From a virus: a stretch of 64,000 nucleotides of DNA. Numbering within the stretch: position 1 is the stretch's first letter; each line of letters begins with the position of its first letter. Below are positions 30,665 through 39,635 of this stretch, in pieces. Location of the stretch: positions 17,686-81,685 of IMG/VR virus record IMGVR_UViG_3300025168_014097; one strand, written 5' to 3'. The notes beneath the pieces were generated by a model that had not been told where the DNA came from, searched no databases, and was given only the letters and a program-made list of their open reading frames with translations. The translations under genes and the position numbers were made by a program.

Positions 30665-31437
30665 TATACACCACGTTCTATGTCATATGCTATAATATGA
30701 TCTCTCCCAGTCATATTATATCCATGTTCTGCTACCATTTCGAATACTAAAGGATACATCTGAATTAACGTTTCTCTCGTATCTCCTGCAGGCATTATAT
30801 AAGTCTTATCTTTCGGAATATCTAATTCAATCCTATACGCTTCAATTTCTGCAAGATTTTCATCTGTTCCATCCCATACTGGCTTGAAATGGTAATCTTT
30901 GTGAAATGACATCATTTGTTTTATTGCTTCCGTATTTTGTCTTTTTCTGTTATGTGTATCTATAAATCTTTGGTCAATAACTTTCCCAGCTGGAGTAATA
31001 GCTCCAACAACAGGAACGGAATTACTAAACTTAGGACTAAGACTAATAAGATCAATAGGATAATCGGTTTCAACAAAAGCAGATCCTTCAGTTTCAATAG
31101 TAATAATAATATTTCTTTCATAAGCAAAGTGTGTTAACTCATTAACCAACGCTGGGTGCATTGTTGGTGATCCACCAGTTAACATCATTTCTTTTACTTG
31201 TGGATTCTCGTCATATATTTTGACTATATCATTAAAGGTAAATGTACCTTTTTCTGGATGTATGGAGGTATACCATGAGTCGCACCATCCTCCTTCACCA
31301 AAGTAGCAACGGTGAGTACAACCAGTAGTTCTAACTGCAATTGTTGGTCTTCCAAACCTACTTCCTTCGGATTGAACACACCTATATACTTCTAGTATAG
31401 GTAATACCTTATCGTAATCTAAAATTCGTTTATTCAC
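30664..31437 (-). CDS. queE: 7-carboxy-7-deazaguanine synthase (radical SAM)
   Basis: VQSEG, VRTTGCTHRC...WCDS, LTGGSP, TIETEG, SLSPK. Confidence 0.9.
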   Translation of the reverse strand: MNKRILDYDKVLPILEVYRCVQSEGSRFGRPTIAVRTTGCTHRCYFGEGGWCDSWYTSIHPEKGTFTFNDIVKIYDENPQVKEMMLTGGSPTMHPALVNELTHFAYERNIIITIETEGSAFVETDYPIDLISLSPKFSNSVPVVGAITPAGKVIDQRFIDTHNRKRQNTEAIKQMMSFHKDYHFKPVWDGTDENLAEIEAYRIELDIPKDKTYIMPAGDTRETLIQMYPLVFEMVAEHGYNMTGRDHIIAYDIERGV

Positions 31438-32078
31438 TATGCCAATCTACTTTGATCTATTAGATTAAAAAATTCTGCCCTTGTAATATCAGCTTCGATA
31501 AATCTTCCAGACATTTGAGATGTTTTCATAACACTATCATGTTTAATACCTCTACACTTAACACAATTATGTTGTGATTCAATAACTACTGCAACTCCTC
31601 TATGTCCTTCACACAATTTTTCAACGTGATCGTGAATTTGCTTCGTCAATGATTCTTGAATATTTGGTCTTCTTGAATAAAAGTCAACTATACGGTTCAA
31701 CTTACTTAACCCAACTACCATATCAGTCTTCTCTTTTCCTGGGATGTAAGCTACATGAGCTACTCCTGAGAATGTAAGATTATGATGTGCACACATACTC
31801 ATTACCGGTATTCTTGTTTGGCATATTAGTCCCGTATAACCTTCATCGTTTGGGAATGCAGTAATAACTGGTTCAGCTCCTATCGATCCTGCGATCAGGT
31901 CATTTACCCATGCTTTTGCAACTCTTTGTGGAGTTCGATCACTATGCTTGTCGGCTTTCCAATCAAATCCTAATGCTTCTAAAAATTGACCGTAATGTAC
32001 TGCAGCTTGTTCAATCATTAAAGCTTTCTCAGCTTCTGTTCTTGGCATATTGCCATTCGCTTTTTTTAATAAATCCAT
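31437..32078 (-). CDS. folE: GTP cyclohydrolase I
   Basis: [34 protein letters not shown]. Confidence 0.95.
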   Translation of the reverse strand: MDLLKKANGNMPRTEAEKALMIEQAAVHYGQFLEALGFDWKADKHSDRTPQRVAKAWVNDLIAGSIGAEPVITAFPNDEGYTGLICQTRIPVMSMCAHHNLTFSGVAHVAYIPGKEKTDMVVGLSKLNRIVDFYSRRPNIQESLTKQIHDHVEKLCEGHRGVAVVIESQHNCVKCRGIKHDSVMKTSQMSGRFIEADITRAEFFNLIDQSRLA

Positions 32079-32111
32079 AACCTTTTCTTTTCTTTATTAT
32101 TATATTACTTA

Positions 32112-32141
32112 AATATAAGAAATATAATTCGTTTATACAAC
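32112..32141 (-). promoter_or_regulatory. Conserved early/middle promoter motif upstream of folE
   Basis: GTTGTAT-N17-TATATT, preceded by TTTCT. Confidence 0.6.
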
Positions 32142-32155
32142 AGTTTCTACTTTTT

Positions 32156-32350
32156 TTATTTGATCCATTCTTCTAGTTCAGTTGGTGTTGGCCATGTTAA
32201 AGCTTTTTGACACTTATCACACACCCATCTTGTATCACTTACCTTTACAGTCTTTATCGTTTGATTTTTGTGCCTGCACTTGTTTTGATAGTCCTCTATT
32301 TCCTTCTCGATTTGCTTCAACCGTTTGGTCATATCGTTCATGTTTATCAT
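32156..32350 (-). CDS. Small zinc-ribbon hypothetical protein
   Basis: Coiled coil followed by C.H...WVCDKC. Start uncertain. Confidence 0.5.
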   Translation of the reverse strand: MINMNDMTKRLKQIEKEIEDYQNKCRHKNQTIKTVKVSDTRWVCDKCQKALTWPTPTELEEWIK

Positions 32351-32412
32351 GAGATCTCTCCGTAGTGTTACGTAACATTTCCTCATAATATAACCGTTCA
32401 ATCCAATCTTCT

Positions 32413-34272
32413 TTATACAATCTCACAAGAACCTCCTGCGCAGGCTAGTTCACCTTTAAGATCAGTTTCATCTTTTTCTTCTACAATATTAGATAAGTCT
32501 ATTTCAGTTAACGACTTTAACATTTCGTTATATTTTTCTTCTGTGATATCTTCGAATGGTGCTTGTGTATATGTTCCACCATTATAAGGTAGTACTGATA
32601 AACCATTATAGTGTTTTCTATTTTCCCACATCCATTCACCCGCATATTCCCACTCATTGTCTCTTAACGAAACGGTTGCAGACACGTTATGTGTATTAGA
32701 TCCATTCCTATGTCCTGGAGACACCCATTCTTGAGCTACCTTCTTTACTCGTTCTAATAACTGGAATGGAGATTCAGTTCGCAATATTGAACCTTCTGGT
32801 GATTTCTGTGGTATTTGAATTACAGCTGTATCGTGTGGACTGAAGTATTCGTCTTCAACTAGCTCTGGATGGTGTTCGTTGAGATATTTATACATTGATT
32901 CATTTTTACCAACTCTAATTCTTCTGATATAATAATCGTTGTGCCATGCGTGGATACCTGATGATGTACCTAATGTCAATGAGGTAGTTCCTGCAGGCTT
33001 GACTGTTGTACATCTTGCTGATTGCTTAATTCCTATAAGTTTTGCAACTCTAGCATTTTCCTTCTTAACAATTTTTGCAGCTGATTTCATATCATATCCT
33101 AATACTACACCCGAGCCAATACCTGTCATTGATATTCCTATCAATGCATCTTTTTCAGTAGTATCTTGCCATACCTCTCTTAAATAGTGAAAGTTTGTAT
33201 ATCCTGCTTGAAGAGTTCCAATAAATGCAGCTGACTTTACCCTTGCTTCAAAATCTTCTTGTGATTCTATATCACTAGCATTTACTTCACATAGATTACA
33301 AAATTGATACGGTCGTAAAGCTATTTCACAGCAAGGATTAGTTCCCCAGTCTTTATCATTGTTAAGATATATACCAGGTTCTCCTGCTCCAGACAACTCT
33401 ACTCTTTTCCAAAGATCCATGAAAAATTCTTTAGTTATTTTGTGTCTCATTAAACATGCTGAGTTATTTGCTCTACCCCTCTGTGGATTCAATTCCCACC
33501 AATTACCACTTTTACAACCGATCATTTCATTATCATCAGCGCTAAATAAACTAATAAGAGCAGCTCTTCTTATTCCTCCTGCTAATACAGCATCTGCAAT
33601 GTGGCAAACTATATCGTGGACTTCAATTGTCGATAATTTATCTCCCGATTCTTTTTCCTTCAACATTCCATCAATCTTAACCAAACATTCTTTTAATGGT
33701 TGAGGTCCTGGTGCTTTACCACCCGATGTTACAAGTCTTGCACCTTTTGGTCTAATATCAGAATAATCAAATTCAACACGACTTCCACCACCATTCATGT
33801 ATGATTTCATAAGAACTTTTACTGCGTCTGCCCATCCTTCAATACTATCACTAATCAAATATCTTTTCTTCCTTTTAGGATATGGTTTTTGAATTACTGA
33901 GAGTTGACTTACATGATGTTTCTGCACTGAATACCCCACTCCCGTTCCACCTAGCAATAAGAACATGCATTCACTGAATGATTCAATTGAATCGATTGGA
34001 AGATATGCACAGTTATATACTCTATTAGGTGATATCTCAATTGGCTTACCTGCAAATTGCATAGATCTCATAGATGGTAATATCTTTTTATCATATACCA
34101 TTTTATACACTTCTTCAATATCAGCTTTGAGTGCTGGGTATTTTTTTTGATGCATTTGCATATTACGCGTTACTAATTCTTCCCATGTCTCTCTTCTATT
34201 CAGTTCTGGCACGTACTTTGCATACTTCATATAGACAGTAATGTCTGATAGAATTTTGTTTGAAATTTCCAT
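32413..34272 (-). CDS. nrdJ: Class II (adenosylcobalamin-dependent) ribonucleotide reductase, RTPR-like
   Basis: RRETW, YNCA, GGTGVG, GGIRRAA, NPCCEI, CNL, TTVKPAGT, C-terminal CAGGSC. No beta subunit gene nearby. Confidence 0.9.
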   Translation of the reverse strand: MEISNKILSDITVYMKYAKYVPELNRRETWEELVTRNMQMHQKKYPALKADIEEVYKMVYDKKILPSMRSMQFAGKPIEISPNRVYNCAYLPIDSIESFSECMFLLLGGTGVGYSVQKHHVSQLSVIQKPYPKRKKRYLISDSIEGWADAVKVLMKSYMNGGGSRVEFDYSDIRPKGARLVTSGGKAPGPQPLKECLVKIDGMLKEKESGDKLSTIEVHDIVCHIADAVLAGGIRRAALISLFSADDNEMIGCKSGNWWELNPQRGRANNSACLMRHKITKEFFMDLWKRVELSGAGEPGIYLNNDKDWGTNPCCEIALRPYQFCNLCEVNASDIESQEDFEARVKSAAFIGTLQAGYTNFHYLREVWQDTTEKDALIGISMTGIGSGVVLGYDMKSAAKIVKKENARVAKLIGIKQSARCTTVKPAGTTSLTLGTSSGIHAWHNDYYIRRIRVGKNESMYKYLNEHHPELVEDEYFSPHDTAVIQIPQKSPEGSILRTESPFQLLERVKKVAQEWVSPGHRNGSNTHNVSATVSLRDNEWEYAGEWMWENRKHYNGLSVLPYNGGTYTQAPFEDITEEKYNEMLKSLTEIDLSNIVEEKDETDLKGELACAGGSCEIV

Positions 34273-34359
34273 TATAATCTTCCTCTATTTTCTTTTGATC
34301 CTGTTGTGTCGGTATAAATGTTGTGTATATAATAATTATGTGTATATATGTATATAGCT

Positions 34360-35718
34360 CTATCCATCAGCCGGTTTATCTTTTAATTCCATGAATTTAT
34401 TGGCCAACCTTTTTCTCATAAATTCTGCCCCTCCATCCATTTGTTTCTGCGTGTCTTGTCCTGCAGCTGAAGCTCCTTCGTATATGTGAATTTGTCCATT
34501 TGATGTGTTCATTTTAGATGGTAATGTTATTCCATCTGGTCCAAATCTATTTTTAATAACATGCCACCTTCCAGTACCTGCTATCTTGTCTTCTACTTTT
34601 CTTGATAGTGATATTACAAAGTCTGCGGTCATAATTTTTGAATACGACTCTGCAATCTTTTCTGCTCCAATAACATCTTCTTCCAATGCTGATCTATTTG
34701 CTTGAGATGCAGTCCAAACTGGTATTTCATATTCTCCTGCCATACCTCTTAGATCTTCATATATGTTTCCAAGCTCATGTCTCACTTCCTTACCATTACC
34801 CCTTAATAGATCAGCATAATCTACAACAACTAAATCTGGCTTGAATCCTTGTATCGTGCATTTGTCTATATGTGCGCGTATTGTATTTACAGTCGCACCT
34901 TTAGTTGGAAAATACTTTACTATCAATTGGCCTTTTAGTTTCTTTACTCGCTTTTCAACATCTTCTTGGTGAAACTTCAAATTCTGAGCTGGGATACCAG
35001 TGAATACAGAGTCGAATCTTAACCCAACATATGCTTGATTTAATTCTAATGTATAATGAACTACAGTCTTACCATTCTTTACAGCATTTGCAGCTACATT
35101 AACTAATCCCCACGATTTACCAATTCCAGCTGGTGCTACAAATACTCCTAGTTCTCCTGCTCCCAATCCTCCATCAGCCATATCATCTATTACTTCCCAT
35201 CCTGTTTTTACAGTCTTACGTAAACTTTCTACATATCGGTCATTAATATCAACATTATAATCATGGCCAATATCTTTATCACCACCTGCTTTCATTGCTT
35301 CATCAATTATAGATTTGATACCATCATAATTTCCAAATTGCAACATTTCTACCGAACTTGTTATTGCTTGTTTTATTTTTTGATTCTTGCAGAACTTGAT
35401 AGTTTCATCTTTAATAAAATCTAAATCTTCAGCTTCAAAATTACGTACAGCATCTTTAAGATTTTGTACAATTTCAGTTTTAAGTACATCACTACTAACA
35501 TTCTCTAATTTTACTTTCATCACTTCTAATGTTGGTTGTGATTTGAAGTCGTTGTAATATTCGGTGATTGTATTCATCATCCATTTATTAGCTTCCGATT
35601 CAAAATATTCAGGATCTAGAATATCCATGATCTGTTGCAAGAATGGTTTATCCTTGAATAAGCAAGCCATCAATTTAGATTGAAAGCTATATCCATATTT
35701 TAAGAATGTATCTGACAT
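34360..35718 (-). CDS. Replicative helicase (DnaB / T4 gp41-like)
   Basis: APAGIGKS, YTLE, VVDYADLL, WTASQANR, KNRFG. Confidence 0.93.
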   Translation of the reverse strand: MSDTFLKYGYSFQSKLMACLFKDKPFLQQIMDILDPEYFESEANKWMMNTITEYYNDFKSQPTLEVMKVKLENVSSDVLKTEIVQNLKDAVRNFEAEDLDFIKDETIKFCKNQKIKQAITSSVEMLQFGNYDGIKSIIDEAMKAGGDKDIGHDYNVDINDRYVESLRKTVKTGWEVIDDMADGGLGAGELGVFVAPAGIGKSWGLVNVAANAVKNGKTVVHYTLELNQAYVGLRFDSVFTGIPAQNLKFHQEDVEKRVKKLKGQLIVKYFPTKGATVNTIRAHIDKCTIQGFKPDLVVVDYADLLRGNGKEVRHELGNIYEDLRGMAGEYEIPVWTASQANRSALEEDVIGAEKIAESYSKIMTADFVISLSRKVEDKIAGTGRWHVIKNRFGPDGITLPSKMNTSNGQIHIYEGASAAGQDTQKQMDGGAEFMRKRLANKFMELKDKPADG

Positions 35719-35726
35719 ATGCTTCT

Positions 35727-35756
35727 AATATAAGAAAAATATTTGTAGTATGCAAC
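35727..35756 (-). promoter_or_regulatory. Conserved early/middle promoter motif upstream of the helicase
   Basis: GTTGCAT-N17-TATATT. Confidence 0.62.
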
Positions 35757-36787
35757 TAAACTAATGAAAAAGCATGTAGGGGCATAAAAACTTCTTTTAG
35801 CCAAAATTCATGATTTCTAATAGCCGTGTTCATCTTATCTTCAACCAACATTAATTGAAACTTCGGTTTATTCAAAGATGGTACTGGGTTGTGTACAATA
35901 TTTCTGATTGTTTCTTTTGCTCGTCCTGATATATCTACATCGTGGAGTTGCATAAGTTTGTGATTTAATTCTAGTAGATCGTAGTTCTCATTAATTGCAT
36001 TCAACATTTTTATTTTACTGTCTGCTGATAATTGAATGAGATCATCGATTGTAACTTTTTGTTCTTCTGATAGTTCTGGTACTCGTTTGAGTAATGACTT
36101 CAAACCCACTCCAGGTATTCCTGGAATATTGTCGGACTTATCACCACTTAAAACTCTATACATTAAATAATTTGGAGCTGATATTCCATATTCTTCTAAG
36201 ATATCATCTGCAAAGTACATTTTCTTTTTTGTTGGACTCCATACACCTATTCTATCATCTATTAACTGTAAAAAGTCTTTATCTGATGACATAATAAAAT
36301 GTCTTGATTCCGGAAGCACTTGCTGCGTTATATATGCAATTGCATCATCTGCTTCTATGTTATCGATCGACATGCAACTTACTGGTAACGTGTCCAAGTA
36401 GTTTATCAATCTTCCTAGTTGCATTTTCATATTCTCTTGCTGATCCGTTAACGATCCAGATTCATATGCTCTATTTAATTTTTGAGTGGGTTTTCTGTTT
36501 CCCTTATAAGCTGGAAATACTTTACGTCTTCTTGACGACCCACCTTTCCCATCAAAGCAAATAATCACTCTGGTAGGTTTGATCCTTTTAATTGCAGCTC
36601 CTATAGACATTAGAAATCCACTAATGCCACCCACGTGAATTCCATCATCATTTGTTGCTGGTGAAACTGACCATGATCTGATGAAGGTATTGAGGCCGTC
36701 AATAACTAATACCCTATCATTGATATTGCTACCAACAGCCTCATTTTCCTTTAACGAATCCAATATTGAAAAATATTTGTTCTTCAT
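35756..36787 (-). CDS. 5'-3' exonuclease / flap endonuclease (T4 RNase H-like)
   Basis: IDGLN, FDG, YKGNR, EADD, SSDKDFLQL, GDKSDNIPGIPGVG. Confidence 0.92.
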   Translation of the reverse strand: MKNKYFSILDSLKENEAVGSNINDRVLVIDGLNTFIRSWSVSPATNDDGIHVGGISGFLMSIGAAIKRIKPTRVIICFDGKGGSSRRRKVFPAYKGNRKPTQKLNRAYESGSLTDQQENMKMQLGRLINYLDTLPVSCMSIDNIEADDAIAYITQQVLPESRHFIMSSDKDFLQLIDDRIGVWSPTKKKMYFADDILEEYGISAPNYLMYRVLSGDKSDNIPGIPGVGLKSLLKRVPELSEEQKVTIDDLIQLSADSKIKMLNAINENYDLLELNHKLMQLHDVDISGRAKETIRNIVHNPVPSLNKPKFQLMLVEDKMNTAIRNHEFWLKEVFMPLHAFSLV

Positions 36788-36799
36788 AACCTTTATTCT

Positions 36800-37930
36800 T
36801 TATCCTTCTGGTACTGGTTCGCTACTTAGATCAATATCATCTACTCCTAATTTGTCAGTTTTGTATTTCATAATACTAACCTCACACATTTTTTCATAGA
36901 TTTGATTTTTTAGATCTTCATCTTTCTCAAGTAATTCTTTCCAATCCTTAGATAGGAATTTATGAACTTCTCCAGTGTCTGTATCTGTATATCCATACCA
37001 CGCACCTGATTGCGTAACTAACTTGTGGTTTTTCAATACATTTAACCATCCACCTAAATCATCCACACCACTTTCAAATAGAATTTCAAACTCAGCTTTT
37101 CTCAAAGGAGGTCCCATTCTATTCTTAACTACTTGAGCACTTGTTTTCATTCCAACTACTACATCCTGCTTGTCAACTTTCGTTTTCAATTGTCCCATAG
37201 ATTTCAATCTAAGTCTACAGCTAGAGTGAAACCCTACTGCTTTACCACCCGATGTTGTCCATGGATCACCAAACATTACTCCCAACTTCTGACGGAGCTG
37301 GTTTGTGAATACTAGACAAATTCGTTGTCTACCAATCATTTGAGTAACTTTTCTCATTGCTTTTGACAGAATGATAGCTTTTGAAGTTGCCCAACCGTCT
37401 TTCTCATAATCCGCTTCCATTTCTACTTTAGTAGATGCTCCAGCTAACGAATCTACAACGATTGTTACCAATCTGTCTTTACTAGACTCCCTAACTTTGT
37501 TTATGATGTTTTCAATTGACTCAAAAATGTCTTCAATTGTTTCCAACTGTACATATAACATCTTTGATACATCCATACCGATAGCACGTAAGAACTCTTC
37601 GTTCATTGCATTCTCAGTATCTATGTAAACTGCTAAGCCACCTTTCTTTTGAGTATTAGCCAATAGGTGAGCTGCAAGTAATGATTTACCTGAAGCTTCT
37701 AGACCAGTTATTTCGGTAATTCTACCAACTGGTATTCCACCATGAGGTCTATTTGCAATAGCTAGATCAAGCGTAGATGATCCAGTTGATATCCATTCAG
37801 TCAAATCTGTTGGTGTATCTTCCGATCCATCTAGAAAATGTGCTACTTTGTAATCTTTGAATTGTTTATTCAACGATGCTGCCAGCACCGTAGCCAGTTC
37901 GTCCCTGACTCCTGCTTTATCTTTTGCCAT
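36800..37930 (-). CDS. recA: RecA/UvsX recombinase
   Basis: STGS..LD, GRITEITGLEASGKS, IDTE, VDS, NQLR, TSGG, KNRM.PP. Confidence 0.93.
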   Translation of the reverse strand: MAKDKAGVRDELATVLAASLNKQFKDYKVAHFLDGSEDTPTDLTEWISTGSSTLDLAIANRPHGGIPVGRITEITGLEASGKSLLAAHLLANTQKKGGLAVYIDTENAMNEEFLRAIGMDVSKMLYVQLETIEDIFESIENIINKVRESSKDRLVTIVVDSLAGASTKVEMEADYEKDGWATSKAIILSKAMRKVTQMIGRQRICLVFTNQLRQKLGVMFGDPWTTSGGKAVGFHSSCRLRLKSMGQLKTKVDKQDVVVGMKTSAQVVKNRMGPPLRKAEFEILFESGVDDLGGWLNVLKNHKLVTQSGAWYGYTDTDTGEVHKFLSKDWKELLEKDEDLKNQIYEKMCEVSIMKYKTDKLGVDDIDLSSEPVPEG

Positions 37931-37940
37931 AACTTACCTC

Positions 37941-38711
37941 TTACTTAAATAATTCATCAAATGCGTCATTGACGTCATCTACTTTTTTGGTAGATGATTG
38001 TGCATTTGTTTGAGTTGATGCTGCTCCGGTTGGTCCTGCAGGAGTTTCATCACCTGATCCTGGTTCTAACCATTCAGCTAATGCTTGCTTCAAGTCATCA
38101 TAAGATACTTCTTTAAATATCTCAGTAATGTTCTTTTGCTCATTCATTATTTTGTTTGCCACATCTTTGTTGTCAGTAGCAGCTGTTTGGTTGGGCTTCA
38201 CGCGGATTGTAGTTTGAGGGAAGTTCTTTCCAGTTTCTTCTTTTGTCATGAATTCAACTGTAATGTCTCTTCCTGCTTGTAAATCTGTGATATCACCATA
38301 ATCTGGATCAGCAATAAAACTTAATAGTTCTTGGTAAACAGTTTTACCAAATCCCCATAATTTTACACCTTCTGATTCCTGTCCTCTTACTAATACCGGT
38401 ACATAAGTTCTCAATGTTGGATCAAGCTTTCTTGCCATTTGCCAATCATCTTTATTACCGGTAGCTTTCAATTGTTCTGCAAATTCCACTACTGGATCTG
38501 CTTTACCAAAAGTTACTGGTGATACATAGTTCTTCTGTCCTAAGTTGTAATGAAAGTACATTTCCCTAAAAGGGTTATCTTTATCATACTGATAAGGTAC
38601 TATTCTGATTTGTTGTTTGCCTGGTTCAGGCTTCCACAGATTTGAAGTTCTGTTGGTTTGGGATTGCAAGTTATTTAATTTCTTGCGGATTGCGTCTAAG
38701 TCAATAGCCAT
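37941..38711 (-). CDS. Single-stranded DNA-binding protein (gp32-like)
   Basis: LWKP..G..IRIVP, FHY, LWGFGKTVY, DYGDITD...GRD and acidic tail DAFDELFK; next to recA. Confidence 0.82.
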   Translation of the reverse strand: MAIDLDAIRKKLNNLQSQTNRTSNLWKPEPGKQQIRIVPYQYDKDNPFREMYFHYNLGQKNYVSPVTFGKADPVVEFAEQLKATGNKDDWQMARKLDPTLRTYVPVLVRGQESEGVKLWGFGKTVYQELLSFIADPDYGDITDLQAGRDITVEFMTKEETGKNFPQTTIRVKPNQTAATDNKDVANKIMNEQKNITEIFKEVSYDDLKQALAEWLEPGSGDETPAGPTGAASTQTNAQSSTKKVDDVNDAFDELFK

Positions 38712-38797
38712 TTTTTAATCTCCGTTTGTTAATTAGTTAATAAAATTATTTGTCATTAGTTACCTATATAAATAGGCTTCTAAAATGATTTACATTA

Positions 38798-38827
38798 AAT
38801 ATACAAAATAAAATTTGTATTTGCAAC
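38798..38827 (-). promoter_or_regulatory. Conserved early/middle promoter motif upstream of ssb
   Basis: GTTGCAA-N17-TATATT. Confidence 0.62.
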
Positions 38828-39172
38828 TTATTTCCAGATTATTTGTATGCCAACTAAAATTAAGGCTAGTAATAAGGAAACGAGTGTTTTTGTGTTGATA
38901 CCCTCATTCATATAGACACTCGTCAATACTGCGAATGATGATATACCGGTTGCAAATCCTATAAATCTTCCAGGCCATAGTGACCCGTTAAAGTATCCGA
39001 CTACATAGGTTGTTGCTATAATAAATGCGTATGATATAGGAACGGCAAATATACATGCCATTGCAAATGGGTGATCTTTGGCCCACTTCCAAACGAATTG
39101 ACCGTTTGTTTGATACCAGATTAGTGTTTGCCCAAAGAAGAATAATAATATTCCGAATAATAATTTTACCAT
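38828..39172 (-). CDS. Small membrane protein with about 4 TM helices (DMT/SMR-like size)
   Basis: 114 aa with four hydrophobic stretches. Confidence 0.65.
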   Translation of the reverse strand: MVKLLFGILLFFFGQTLIWYQTNGQFVWKWAKDHPFAMACIFAVPISYAFIIATTYVVGYFNGSLWPGRFIGFATGISSFAVLTSVYMNEGINTKTLVSLLLALILVGIQIIWK

Positions 39173-39197
39173 AGTCTTTACCTTTTTATTTAGACTA

Positions 39198-39227
39198 AAT
39201 ATACGAAATTATTTTGGAGTATGCAAC
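39198..39227 (-). promoter_or_regulatory. Conserved early/middle promoter motif
   Basis: GTTGCAT-N17-TATATT, preceded by TTTCG. Confidence 0.65.
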
Positions 39228-39230
39228 TAT

Positions 39231-39632
39231 TTAGTTGTTTTTTTTGATATAGATTACGTCTTCGATCTCAGTATTAATTTTTCGAAGTCCATCATCATTT
39301 GTAACAAGCATTGTATTTTTATAGTTATCCCAATCTATCTGATATGATGTATCCAATACACCATTGTTTAATAGTTTGATGAGATTGTTTAATGCATTTA
39401 TAGTATATAATGTGTTTGTATTTTTCTTACGGTGAAGTGATATAGTATTATCCATTATTGTAAAGTCGCCTGATGCATCGATATTATACGTGCACATTAG
39501 ATCATTTGCACTTCCCGCTTCTCTCAATATAAATATTTTATTATACAGTACTGTGTATGTCTGTATGATAATATCTACCGTTTCAGTTAAGTGTGGTTTT
39601 TGCGTGAATGTACATAGTAGTTGAGTCCTCAT
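39231..39632 (-). CDS. Hypothetical phage protein
   Basis: 133 aa; QLLCTFT, HRKKNTNTLYTINALN. Confidence 0.7.
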   Translation of the reverse strand: MRTQLLCTFTQKPHLTETVDIIIQTYTVLYNKIFILREAGSANDLMCTYNIDASGDFTIMDNTISLHRKKNTNTLYTINALNNLIKLLNNGVLDTSYQIDWDNYKNTMLVTNDDGLRKINTEIEDVIYIKKNN

Positions 39633-39635
39633 ATC

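Noticed and set aside
26654-32078. Queuosine tRNA-modification or folate-synthesis auxiliary genes
   Set aside because: No queC, queF, queA or canonical zinc-binding TGT, and no folB/K/P, in the window. The location next to PolB and a DpdA-like gene favours DNA modification, though this is not proven.
32235-32426. 63-aa minus-strand ORF overlapping the nrdJ end
   Set aside because: It overlaps the more plausible zinc-ribbon ORF in another frame and has no motif; it cannot be supported.
23979-37930. Inteins or introns in PolB, RNR, helicase or RecA
   Set aside because: The ORFs are continuous and of normal length, with no intein or homing-endonuclease motifs noticed.
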